DNA from: a virus
Taxonomy: Duplodnaviria > Caudoviricetes
DNA length: 64,000 nucleotides
Reading direction: 5' to 3' (one strand)
IMG/VR virus record: IMGVR_UViG_3300033121_001593
Location: 64,001 to 128,000 of that record
How positions within the stretch are numbered: the first letter of the stretch is position 1; each line of letters opens with the position of its first letter. Of this stretch, positions 54,108 to 62,022 are shown piece by piece. The position numbers and the translations under genes were made by a program. A model generated the notes under the pieces. The model saw only the letters and a program-made list of their open reading frames with translations, had not been told where the DNA came from and searched no databases.

Positions 54108-54440
54108 ATGCCGAATATCACCGTCGCCATCGTCAACGGCAAGCACTACTTTGATGACTGCGACGAGGCCCAAGCCCGCCTCGCCTGCCGGATACACAAG
54201 ATCGAGATCGTAACCCTGGAGGTCAAGGTCATGGCGAAGCTGCAAGCCTACGGCCTGGCCGATACCAAGCCGGCGACCGAGTTCGCCCCCGGCGACGTGC
54301 GCCTGTTCAACTATGGCCAGCGCGCGACGGTCAAGGCGGTGCGCCGCGCCTCCCCCCGCTTCCTCGAATTCGAGTATGATAACGGCAGCACGCAGCGTTT
54401 TCGCGACGACGTGCGCCTGGCCTGGGCCGCGCCGGCCTGA
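54108..54440 (+). CDS. Hypothetical protein with a C-terminal SH3-like motif
   Basis: AAGGAG RBS; 'FAPGD...ATVKAV...FEYDNG'. Confidence 0.6.
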   Translation: MPNITVAIVNGKHYFDDCDEAQARLACRIHKIEIVTLEVKVMAKLQAYGLADTKPATEFAPGDVRLFNYGQRATVKAVRRASPRFLEFEYDNGSTQRFRDDVRLAWAAPA

Positions 54441-54465
54441 AACGAGTTTTAGAAAAAGGCCAAAG

Positions 54466-54510
54466 TTTAAGGTTGTATATCTTGACATTCTGAACGAATA
54501 GGAGTAAAAT
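54466..54510 (+). promoter_or_regulatory. Early promoter cassette P11
   Basis: TTTAAGGTT plus TTGACA-N17-TAAAAT; spacer identical to P2. Confidence 0.88.
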
Positions 54511-54567
54511 GATTTATAGTTAGATAACGAAATTCAGCCGCAGCCAAAGCCCAAAGGAACCCCGAAC

Positions 54568-54777
54568 ATGACCACCCAGACCAACACCACCTACCTGAGC
54601 AACGAAGAGATCACCGAACTGGCCGAAATGACCGGAGCCTCCTTCGAGGTAGTATTGAAGGTCACGAAGCAGGTCGAGGCGGGCTGGAATTTCGACGTAG
54701 AGCCGGATTATGCAATGGTCACCGACCGGATCATCGAGGACGTTACCTACGAAATCTCGATGGGCCGCGGCCAGTAG
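54568..54777 (+). CDS. Acidic early protein (MTTQT start, first gene behind P11)
   Basis: AAAGGA RBS. Confidence 0.72.
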   Translation: MTTQTNTTYLSNEEITELAEMTGASFEVVLKVTKQVEAGWNFDVEPDYAMVTDRIIEDVTYEISMGRGQ

Positions 54778-54843
54778 ACCACAGACGAAAATCACAAGGG
54801 GCCGGCCTTCCGGCCCTCACAGCAGCGAAAGGGCACCCCTGAC

Positions 54844-55074
54844 ATGACCACCCGAACTTATGCCGAACAAGCCGAAAACGCCGAAGACCTGGGAGCGATA
54901 TGGGTCGAGCGCGAGACGGAAGTCATGAATTTACAGGCGGCCGCCGACGAGATCGGCCTGAGCAAGGCCGAGTGGCTGTACCGCCAAGGGCTGGTCGACC
55001 AGGCCAAGGCCGCCAGCGAGGCCGCCTGGACCGCCTTTGACGCCGCAATGATCGAAGCCAGCCCCGACCGGTAA
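54844..55074 (+). CDS. Hypothetical protein
   Basis: AAAGGG RBS. Confidence 0.65.
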   Translation: MTTRTYAEQAENAEDLGAIWVERETEVMNLQAAADEIGLSKAEWLYRQGLVDQAKAASEAAWTAFDAAMIEASPDR

Positions 55075-55219
55075 GACCCCCGGTCGGCCCGACAAGGAGG
55101 CCCCTATGAAAGCCTAAGCCCCGAAGGGGGACGCCATGAGCGGCGACGGCTCCGCAAACAAGACCAGCGGAGCGCCGCCGCCTGTTTGAATGACCAACCG
55201 CAGCGAAAGGACAGAAACG

Positions 55220-55480
55220 ATGGCCCGCCAAAAGCGCCAGCTAACAAGCGAACAGTTACTCGAAATACTTGACCAGGCCCGGATCAACCTGGAGAACGCC
55301 GAACGAACGAACCAGACGCTAGCCGATCAGCTAACCGGCGCGGTCGCTCACAACCGCGCCCTGAGCGCCGGCCTTGAGGCCGCCCTGCGTCACTTCCGCC
55401 TGGCCCCGTTTGCCTACGACTCGGCGGACGGCTGGGCGTCCCACGCCCGCCTGCTGAAGGAACTGGAGAGCCTGCTATGA
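55220..55480 (+). CDS. Hypothetical coiled-coil protein
   Basis: AAAGGAC RBS; start MARQKR. Confidence 0.6.
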   Translation: MARQKRQLTSEQLLEILDQARINLENAERTNQTLADQLTGAVAHNRALSAGLEAALRHFRLAPFAYDSADGWASHARLLKELESLL

Positions 55481-55998
55481 AAGAAACGTCCGTATCGATC
55501 ACCGCCACCGGCCGGACGGTCTGGCGCGTCAAAGCTAGCCGCGCCGGGCTGCGGCCGACCTTCCGCTACTTCACGACGACGGGCGCAGCGGTGAAGTTCG
55601 CGGCCTGGGAGATCGTCTCTGCCCGTTACCCGATCTACGACTGGAGCTATACGGTGCGCGGGATCGCCTGCGAATGTCACGACCCCGAAAGCGGCCCCGG
55701 CTACTACAGCGCAGGCTGGGAAGGCTGCCCCCTGCACGATCACCGGGACGGCTACTATGCCCGCCTGCATCGCAAGATCGCCGCCCGCCTGCGCCGTGAG
55801 ATCGAACGCCCGCCCGCGCCGCCATCGCTGCTCGATATGGAGCGCCAGGTCCTTGGGAGCCTGGGCGACGCTATGGAGATTCTGAACGTCAGCCAAATGG
55901 AAAGCCCCAACCTTGTAGAGGCCGCGTCCCTCCTGGGCAGGGCTATAACGCAGGTCGAGTGGGCTATTCGCCAGGCCGAGCAGGGCGGTGCCGTATGA
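55477..55998 (+). CDS. Hypothetical protein
   Basis: ATGA overlap; CECH...CPLH motif. Confidence 0.6.
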   Translation: MKETSVSITATGRTVWRVKASRAGLRPTFRYFTTTGAAVKFAAWEIVSARYPIYDWSYTVRGIACECHDPESGPGYYSAGWEGCPLHDHRDGYYARLHRKIAARLRREIERPPAPPSLLDMERQVLGSLGDAMEILNVSQMESPNLVEAASLLGRAITQVEWAIRQAEQGGAV

Positions 55999-56414
55999 CG
56001 ACGATCACCGAGGATCAGCGCCGGCAGATCGCCGGCCTGCCGCAGATGTTTGTCTATGGCCGGCCGCGCTGGCCAGTCGGGATCGGCCCCGACTGGATCA
56101 TCCTGAACGGCCCCGGCTTTCTCTATGGCCAGCGCGTCTGGGAAGGCGACGGCGCTTTCGGCCGCTGCTTTGCAGCCCTCGATCCTGAGGACCGCGACAC
56201 GCCCGACTCCCTGGCCGCCAATCTGGCCGGCCGGCCGGCGCGGGTGACGGTCGTCAGCGAGGCCGCCGCTGCCGAGGATTATGACCGCTGGCGGGCCGCC
56301 AAGACCGCCCGTTATGCTACCGCCGCCGCCATGCCGGAAGATGCCCTCCGGCGGGCTTGGATTGACGAAAGGCAGGAATCGGAATGCCGCAAATGGCGCA
56401 ACCAACCGACCTAA
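55995..56414 (+). CDS. Hypothetical protein
   Basis: ATGA overlap. Confidence 0.55.
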   Translation: MTTITEDQRRQIAGLPQMFVYGRPRWPVGIGPDWIILNGPGFLYGQRVWEGDGAFGRCFAALDPEDRDTPDSLAANLAGRPARVTVVSEAAAAEDYDRWRAAKTARYATAAAMPEDALRRAWIDERQESECRKWRNQPT

Positions 56415-57040
56415 CCCCCACCGGCTGGCGGCCCTCACCGACCGACTGGGATATGATCCCCGGCAACGAACACGTCCGACGCGCTATCGAGATCGCCTTC
56501 ATTGGCGGGCACTCGATCTTTATCGTCGGGCCGCGCGGGTCATACGCTGAGGACATGGCCCACTTTGCGCGCGGCCGCGGGATGCGGGCCTACGCCGCCT
56601 GGCCCTGCGCCTGCGGCCGGTCGACCGGCGAGTTCTGCGATACGTGCGGAACTAACACGCAGGACGAGTATATTCGCTCGCACTATCCACCCGCCGGCGC
56701 GGTGGATATCTACATCGAGGCCCGCGCCGAAGTAGGACCGCGCGGCCCCGGCGAGGCCTGGCGCAACGCGGTACACCGCGCCAATGACGCCGCGCCCTGG
56801 ATGAATGAGGACGGCGCAAAGATGGAGCTTGATGCCGCCGGCGTCTCCCTCCTGCGAGCCGCCACGGCGATGCTGGCGCTAGACGAGGACGCCTGCAGCC
56901 GGATCAAGCACGTCGCCCGCACGATTGCCTGCGCCGCCCACTCCGAGTTTATTCGCACTCCGCACCTGGCGGAGGCTATTCAGTACAGACCGCCGGCCTA
57001 TGTAGTGACCGTCACCACGCCGGCCAAGGAGGACGACTAA
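56384..57040 (+). CDS. Truncated ComM/YifB (Mg-chelatase-like AAA+) derivative with a degenerate Walker A
   Basis: 'GNEHVRRAIEIAFIGGHSIFIVGPRGS', 'PCACG' and C-terminal 'VARTIA...HLAEAIQYR'. Confidence 0.75.
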   Translation: MPQMAQPTDLTPTGWRPSPTDWDMIPGNEHVRRAIEIAFIGGHSIFIVGPRGSYAEDMAHFARGRGMRAYAAWPCACGRSTGEFCDTCGTNTQDEYIRSHYPPAGAVDIYIEARAEVGPRGPGEAWRNAVHRANDAAPWMNEDGAKMELDAAGVSLLRAATAMLALDEDACSRIKHVARTIACAAHSEFIRTPHLAEAIQYRPPAYVVTVTTPAKEDD

Positions 57041-57486
57041 TGCCACGCTTTGCCGCCCCTGTTAGCCAGGAGACGCTGCTCGATTGGGTCCGTGACTTCG
57101 TGACCCGCCCGCAAGTCGAGAGCGACCGCCGCGGCGGATGGGCACCGGTCAGCGACGCCGATCTGGGCCTGCTGGACCGGATCATCGAGAATATGATCTG
57201 CATTCACTGGGCACCGGACGCGGACGGCGACCGGCCCATCGAGTCCTATCTGAATGACCGGACGCAGTTCGAGCCATGGCCCTGGGTGCCCGTGCCCTAC
57301 TGGCACGGGGCCGGCGACATAGAGGAATTCGTGACGGCCACGATGCGCAACGCGCAGGCCGCCACCGCCCGCTTTGCCCTGGCCCTGGAGTTTGCCGAGA
57401 GCCGGCGCGAGGCCGCCGCCAAGGCCGACCGTGAGGCCGCCGCCGCCCTGGCCCTCGCCGACATAACCGACGCTTCCCTGCCCTGA
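57040..57486 (+). CDS. Hypothetical protein
   Basis: GGAGG RBS, TAATG overlap. Confidence 0.62.
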   Translation: MPRFAAPVSQETLLDWVRDFVTRPQVESDRRGGWAPVSDADLGLLDRIIENMICIHWAPDADGDRPIESYLNDRTQFEPWPWVPVPYWHGAGDIEEFVTATMRNAQAATARFALALEFAESRREAAAKADREAAAALALADITDASLP

Positions 57487-57512
57487 GAGACCCCGGCCGC
57501 CGGCCCCGCCTC

Positions 57513-57543
57513 AAAAAGCCCGCTTGACAAGAGCGGGCTTTTT
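57513..57543. terminator. Bidirectional intrinsic terminator
   Basis: AAAAAGCCCGCT..AGCGGGCTTTTT. Confidence 0.7.
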
Positions 57544-57549
57544 CGCGCC

Positions 57550-57622
57550 AACCTTAAAAGTTTGCGACTTTTTGTCAAAAGGCCCAAAACCGCTTGACAA
57601 ACTAAACGACCTGTAGTAGAAT
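57550..57622 (+). promoter_or_regulatory. Early promoter cassette P12 (drives the ncRNA)
   Basis: AACCTTAAA...TTGACA-N17-TAGAAT. Confidence 0.88.
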
Positions 57623-57640
57623 GACTATAGGATAAAGAAA

Positions 57641-57978
57641 GGCATTAACAACCGCATAGGGAAAGGCCCACGGGGCTGCAAGGCCCCACTCGCTAAGTAG
57701 GCTGCTAGGACAACACAAGCCATAAGCACTCGAAGCCCGGCAACGGGCGGCCCTCTCAGGGTAAGTCAGACAAACGGCGGCTAGGCCCGGAAGACCTCAC
57801 AAAAGGCAGGGTATCGGCAGGCAGGCACTGAGAGTTCGGGAAGGCGGGATGAAGATACTAGCGGAGACGTTGACCGGATAAGAAGCTGAGCGCCAGGGGA
57901 CGAACCGGGCGAAGGTGAAGGACCAACAGCGGAAAACCAAGGCAAGGCGAGAGGCACCCCTAAGCGGCGGTTAAGGCC
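57641..57978 (+). ncRNA. Large structured ncRNA of unknown family (~340 nt)
   Basis: No ORF of 60 aa or more. 5'/3' ends pair, with nested long-range helices and two GCAA tetraloop hairpins. Lies behind a strong promoter. Confidence 0.72.
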
Positions 57979-58005
57979 CCAAGGATCAGCGTAAGGACCA
58001 AACCA

Positions 58006-58332
58006 ATGACCACCGACCCCAGCAATATCTACACGCAGACCCCGCCAAACGCGACGACGCTCGGCTACTGGATGCGCCAGGCCGCTAATGACTATCCACG
58101 CGTCACGCGCCAGATCATTCAGGCCGGGGTCGACGCCGTCGACGCGGTGGCCGCTCAGGGCGCGGATGCAGCGCCGGCAATCATAGCCGCCGCCTGGCGT
58201 AAGATCGTGGAGGCCATTGACGAGTATCGCGGGAACACCTGCACGAGCTGCCGAGGGCGCGGGCGTTCCGAAAACGTCGAAGCCTTTTGGCCCTGCCAGG
58301 ATTGCGCCCCATTCGCAGACGAGATGAACTAG
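58006..58332 (+). CDS. Hypothetical protein with a C-terminal Zn ribbon (1 Leu in 108 aa)
   Basis: AAGGAC RBS; CTSCRGRG...CQDC. Confidence 0.7.
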   Translation: MTTDPSNIYTQTPPNATTLGYWMRQAANDYPRVTRQIIQAGVDAVDAVAAQGADAAPAIIAAAWRKIVEAIDEYRGNTCTSCRGRGRSENVEAFWPCQDCAPFADEMN

Positions 58333-58524
58333 GAAGGACCCCCGACCATGACAGACCTACTCCCGATCGGCCGACTACATGAGCTTTTGATTATCAAGAA
58401 TGCGTTTGACGCTGTGCCGCTTTCGCCTGCACAGCAAAGGCTCCACGACGCGATGAAGGCCCGCCAGGCCGCCAGCACAACTAGCCAGGCTCGCTGACGA
58501 CGATCACAAAGGACCCCCGTCCCC

Positions 58525-58797
58525 ATGCCGCTCACGCTAACAAAGACGATCACCGTAACCCTCACCGCCGAGTGGTGTAGATACGAATTCCTCCCGATGA
58601 CGCCGGAGTTCAGACGCCAACGCCGCGGCCTGGACGATCCAATGGATAAGTGCTTTTTCTGCGGCCATCGGTTCAAAGATGGCGAGATGATGTCACTGGC
58701 CAGGATCATCGGCCAAGGCGGCAACAGGATTCTTTGTCAGGAATGCGCGGGTGAATTACTCGCCAGCCAGGAAGTTACCGAAGGAGCGATAGAATGA
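58525..58797 (+). CDS. Small Zn-finger protein
   Basis: CFFCG...LCQEC; AAAGGAC RBS. Confidence 0.65.
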   Translation: MPLTLTKTITVTLTAEWCRYEFLPMTPEFRRQRRGLDDPMDKCFFCGHRFKDGEMMSLARIIGQGGNRILCQECAGELLASQEVTEGAIE

Positions 58798-59096
58798 CCA
58801 GAGCAGACACGTTAGCTACCCCCGCCCGGATCGACCAGGCCGCCGCCCAGGAACTGATCGACGCCATCGAGGCGTATACCGCAGCCGCGGAGCGTATGGT
58901 GCTGGCCAACGGAGAGGACGACGAAGCCGTCGATACAACCAACCGCGAATGTCTGACGGCGCAGCGCCGGCTAGAGGCCGCGTTCGTCGCCGCCACCGGC
59001 TGGACCGTAACGTTTCACCCCGCCGAGTATGGACGCAGGGAGAGTGAGCCAGTCACCGCCCGACCAAGCGTCCCGCCCTACTGGACTATCGCATAA
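58794..59096 (+). CDS. Hypothetical protein
   Basis: AAGGAG RBS, ATGA overlap. Confidence 0.6.
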   Translation: MTRADTLATPARIDQAAAQELIDAIEAYTAAAERMVLANGEDDEAVDTTNRECLTAQRRLEAAFVAATGWTVTFHPAEYGRRESEPVTARPSVPPYWTIA

Positions 59097-59117
59097 CGCC
59101 CAAGGAGAAGCAATACC

Positions 59118-59303
59118 ATGGCCAGAACTAACATGCAGACCGGGACCGTCGCGGAAGATGTAACCGTTAAGCTCGATCAGGGCGGCGGAGTATCCTACTC
59201 GATCAACCTTACAAAGGGCAGCCCGATCACCCTGATCGTCATCGACAATTCGCCGCGCGGCTATCGCCAACCGGCCGCGCCCAAGGAGGATACCCCATTT
59301 TGA
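59118..59303 (+). CDS. Hypothetical protein
   Basis: AAGGAG RBS. Confidence 0.55.
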   Translation: MARTNMQTGTVAEDVTVKLDQGGGVSYSINLTKGSPITLIVIDNSPRGYRQPAAPKEDTPF

Positions 59304-59491
59304 AGTCCGAATACAAAGCCCTACTGTCAGACGTTCGGAGCGCCTACGCCGAAACCACCGAAACCGCCCTGGCCCTGTCCAGAGCACAAGACGCTTATGC
59401 CCGCGCGGCCGCGCGGGCGGACGTCGCCGTCCAGGCCCTCACACGGTACGTCGAAAGCCTGGAAGTCCAGATCGAGGACCCGCCGTCATGA
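59300..59491 (+). CDS. Hypothetical protein
   Basis: GGAGG RBS, TTG start overlap. Confidence 0.5.
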   Translation: MKSEYKALLSDVRSAYAETTETALALSRAQDAYARAAARADVAVQALTRYVESLEVQIEDPPS

Positions 59492-59883
59492 ACGAACAGG
59501 AAGCCGCCGCCTGGGGCCGCCTAGAGAACGCCCTGCGCCTGCGCGACATGGCCGGCATCACGAGCCAAGCCGGAGTGATGGTCGCTCAAAAGCGCGCCTA
59601 CAAGCGCCGCACGCTGGCCGGCCTCACGCCGAACGAGGCCGCCAGCCTGGTACGCGAGGCGCAGGCCGCCGAGGACCGCATGATCCGCAACCTGACGCCG
59701 GAGGACTATGTAGCCTCCGACAAGGCCGCCCGGACGCTGGTCCAGGAAGGCGTCTGCGTCTACTACGCCGGCAAGGCCGACCTACTGAGCGCGGTCTTGC
59801 GCCGGCAAGGCGAAGTTACCCGGCACGCCGTCGGCGACTCGCTGCTTGGGATCACCTACCGCCTGGAGGCGCTTGAAGGATGA
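59488..59883 (+). CDS. Hypothetical protein
   Basis: ATGA overlap. Confidence 0.6.
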   Translation: MNEQEAAAWGRLENALRLRDMAGITSQAGVMVAQKRAYKRRTLAGLTPNEAASLVREAQAAEDRMIRNLTPEDYVASDKAARTLVQEGVCVYYAGKADLLSAVLRRQGEVTRHAVGDSLLGITYRLEALEG

Positions 59884-60713
59884 ACGATAAGCTGAACGAT
59901 CATATGATCGTTGCCGTCTTTTATCAGCGCGGGGCGAGTGGCTTCTATAAGCCCTACTCGATCTGGCGGATCGATCAAATGGGCCGGCCGGCCGGCCTGT
60001 GGACCGTCGACTCGACGTGGAGCGACGCGACGACCAGTGACTATTACCGCGGCTATCTAAATCCTGGCCCGCAGACATACTCCCGCCGGGCGGAGGCCAT
60101 CAAAGAGGCCCGCCGCGCCGCCAAGCTTTCTGGCCTGGCCGTCGACGTAAATGACCGCCTGTACAGCGACCTGTTCGGGCCGGCTGTCGTCTGCGCGATT
60201 TGTGGCGCGCAGCTACCTAGCCGCGGCTGGGAGCCAAAAATCTGTAAAGGCTGCCAGGTGATCCACGAGCACGGACTGCGCGCCCTGGGCGACAAGCAGG
60301 CGTATATGGTCGGCCCTCACCCCGGCAACGGGCGCGCCATGGAAGGGCACAGAGTCCTCTACCCCCTGCCCGATCTATTGGCCGCCCTCACCGGGTCCAT
60401 CGTGCGAGAAAAGCGCAGCGAACGCGCCGAGAGGTTCGGTGATTCTCCGAAGAAAGAAGGCCCTAAGCAGACGGTCGGCTATCGCAGAGAAGACTCTTAC
60501 TGGGGCGGCGACATGGTGGTCGATCTGACGCCCGCTCAGGCCGCGGCATGGACCGCGGCCGTCGAATGGATACAGGCCGAGATCGATAGGACCGAACGAG
60601 TCGCCCTCGATCAGGGCACCCGCCTGCTGACCGGCCTGGCGGCCGGCACGCTATCGCCTGAGGACTTCGAGCCTCAAATCATCCAACTGAGAAAAGGACG
60701 CCCGCTGCGATGA
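59880..60713 (+). CDS. Hypothetical protein with a central Zn finger
   Basis: CAICG...CKGC. Confidence 0.65.
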   Translation: MNDKLNDHMIVAVFYQRGASGFYKPYSIWRIDQMGRPAGLWTVDSTWSDATTSDYYRGYLNPGPQTYSRRAEAIKEARRAAKLSGLAVDVNDRLYSDLFGPAVVCAICGAQLPSRGWEPKICKGCQVIHEHGLRALGDKQAYMVGPHPGNGRAMEGHRVLYPLPDLLAALTGSIVREKRSERAERFGDSPKKEGPKQTVGYRREDSYWGGDMVVDLTPAQAAAWTAAVEWIQAEIDRTERVALDQGTRLLTGLAAGTLSPEDFEPQIIQLRKGRPLR

Positions 60714-61108
60714 CACAACCAACCCCCGGCCCGCATAGCGCCGGCACACAAGACACCAAGATTGCCGACTGCATCCTGGCCCCCGGCGCGCTGCTGCTGG
60801 GTATGGCCTTCTTTGACGGCGACCCCGACGAGAACCCCAAAGACGAGCCGGGCGTGCGCTGGATCACCAGGGAGGAGGCCGTTGCCAACGCTCGCCTCTG
60901 GTCAGCGGCCGGCGACCTGTTGGCCGTCGCCCTGGATCAAACCGCCGTCGAGGCACGCGTCCGCGCCCTCACTGAGGTGATCGAGGACTGGACGCAGGCG
61001 ACCCCCGATCAAGTCACCGAGATCAAGGTCATTGGCGAGGAGGTCAGACGCTTGAAAGATGCCCGCGCGGCCGCTATCGCCAAGGCTATAGGAGGCGCTG
61101 AACTATGA
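60710..61108 (+). CDS. Phage protein of the 'TPGP...ANARL.AA' family
   Basis: TPGPH...EAVANARLWSAAGDLL...AAIAKA. Confidence 0.68.
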   Translation: MTQPTPGPHSAGTQDTKIADCILAPGALLLGMAFFDGDPDENPKDEPGVRWITREEAVANARLWSAAGDLLAVALDQTAVEARVRALTEVIEDWTQATPDQVTEIKVIGEEVRRLKDARAAAIAKAIGGAEL

Positions 61109-61590
61109 CCCGCAAGAACGCCGCAACGAGGTTTGTATTCGGGATCGCCCTGGTGACAATCCTTGCCATCGCCGGCCATGGAGTCGCCTTTGCGCAGCAA
61201 GGCCCGGACACGGAAACGCCGGCCGGGAGCCGCATCTACATGCCTCTCGCGCAGATTGGGCCATCGGGATGCGGCAGCGCCGGCGGAAACGGAAAGCCCA
61301 TCTGGACATACGTCACGGGGCAAGGGATCGACGTCTGGATCACCAGCCGCTGCCCGGCGCACGTTCACATCTGGGTAAGGGTTTGGTACTCAGGCCCGTC
61401 CTGCCTGCAAGGATATTGCCAAACGTCCTGGGCCTGGATGACGGAGGACTGGGTGATAATCCCGAAGGTTGTCACGGTCGAGGCAACGAACGAAATTCAT
61501 ATCAACGAGTTTGTCGAGTTCGTCTCGGTCATGAATATACCCTTCAGCCTAGACGTGTACCCCTGGCCTCCAACGGAGAACGTAAAATGA
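61105..61590 (+). CDS. Secreted/exported hypothetical protein
   Basis: N-terminal signal peptide ending in AFA, followed by 'IYMPL'. Confidence 0.6.
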   Translation: MTRKNAATRFVFGIALVTILAIAGHGVAFAQQGPDTETPAGSRIYMPLAQIGPSGCGSAGGNGKPIWTYVTGQGIDVWITSRCPAHVHIWVRVWYSGPSCLQGYCQTSWAWMTEDWVIIPKVVTVEATNEIHINEFVEFVSVMNIPFSLDVYPWPPTENVK

Positions 61591-61955
61591 CGGCTGGCCA
61601 ACCGCTCCCCGGCCCGTATCGGCCGGACGGGAATTACATCCACTTTGACACGCCAGACGCCGGCCTACCGACGCTGCTGGCCCGGCTTTACGACACGTCA
61701 GACCGCAGCCCGGAGGCGCTTGTCGCCACCACGCGTCTGATGGCCGCGTCCTGGGAGATGTACCAGGCCCTGCTAGCCGAGGACGACTTTAACATGCGCG
61801 TCGCCGCCGTTACGAGTAGCATGGACGCGGGCGACCCCGCTTCATCCTGGCAGCCCGCCCTGGATGAGCTGACCGCTTTGGCGAGGCGCGTCACCCGCCT
61901 ACGCCGGGACGCCCTGGCCAAGGCACAAGGCCGCCCGGTCAATATTGCTACTTGA
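61587..61955 (+). CDS. Paralog of 60710-61108
   Basis: LPGPY...EALVATTRLMAASWEM...ALAKA. Confidence 0.62.
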   Translation: MTAGQPLPGPYRPDGNYIHFDTPDAGLPTLLARLYDTSDRSPEALVATTRLMAASWEMYQALLAEDDFNMRVAAVTSSMDAGDPASSWQPALDELTALARRVTRLRRDALAKAQGRPVNIAT

Positions 61956-61979
61956 CAATCTGAATGAGTAATATATAAT
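61942..61979 (+). promoter_or_regulatory. Promoter P13 (rtcB), same variant as the cca promoter
   Basis: ATATTGCTAC-TTGACA-N16-TATAAT. Confidence 0.8.
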
Positions 61980-62022
61980 AGGTGTATTGAGCAAGTTATC
62001 CGCAGCGAAAGGAACCGACCCA

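Noticed and set aside
29000-57640. CRISPR array or integron attC interpretation of the repeated intergenic elements
   Set aside because: The repeats are kilobases apart, degenerate and contain -35/-10/RBS elements. No cas or integrase gene and no attC structure were seen.
57641-57978. tmRNA, RNase P or group I intron identity for the large ncRNA
   Set aside because: GGGGCTG is locked in a local hairpin and there is no T-arm/CCA end. GGGAAAGGCC only loosely resembles RNase P GAGGAAAGUCC and the 3' partner is missing. There is no convincing P7 pairing or interrupted gene.
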